DNA of 64,000 nucleotides from Octopus sinensis. Lineage: Eukaryota. Position numbers and translations under genes: made by a program. Numbering within the stretch: the stretch's first letter is position 1; each line of letters starts with the position of its first letter. The DNA lies in NCBI RefSeq assembly GCF_006345805.1, contig NC_043006.1:91450001-91514000 (forward strand). The letters run 5' to 3'. Shown piece after piece: positions 63,976 through 64,000 of this stretch. The notes beneath the pieces were generated by a model. That model was not told where the DNA came from and did no database searches. It worked only from the letters and a program-made list of their open reading frames with translations.

Positions 63976-64000
63976 ACATACATACATACATACACACATA

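Overview
AT-rich, microsatellite-saturated, repeat-dominated animal DNA. The SINE families and repeat style point to an octopus/coleoid cephalopod genome (inference). I recognise no host protein-coding exon, and most ORF-track entries are microsatellite translations. Identifiable content: a Tigger/pogo transposase relic; a Penelope-like element (RT plus Cys-flanked GIY-YIG endonuclease) with inverted pseudo-LTRs; a near-intact CR1/L2-type LINE; an RTE LINE with a 5' inversion; R4/Dong-type RLE retrotransposons in (AAT)n arrays; a small Helitron; a 1.9-kb foldback TIR element with an 8-bp TSD; and many copies of at least four tRNA-derived SINE families. The most striking signal is not in the ORF track. 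At least eight sequence-unrelated families of type I hammerhead ribozyme motifs (12 copies) lie between 1.8 and 40 kb. Most sit in inverted or palindromic Penelope-pLTR/retrozyme-like units, and in two inverted pairs one copy carries a core-breaking substitution. All structures were read by eye; no searches or folding programs were run.
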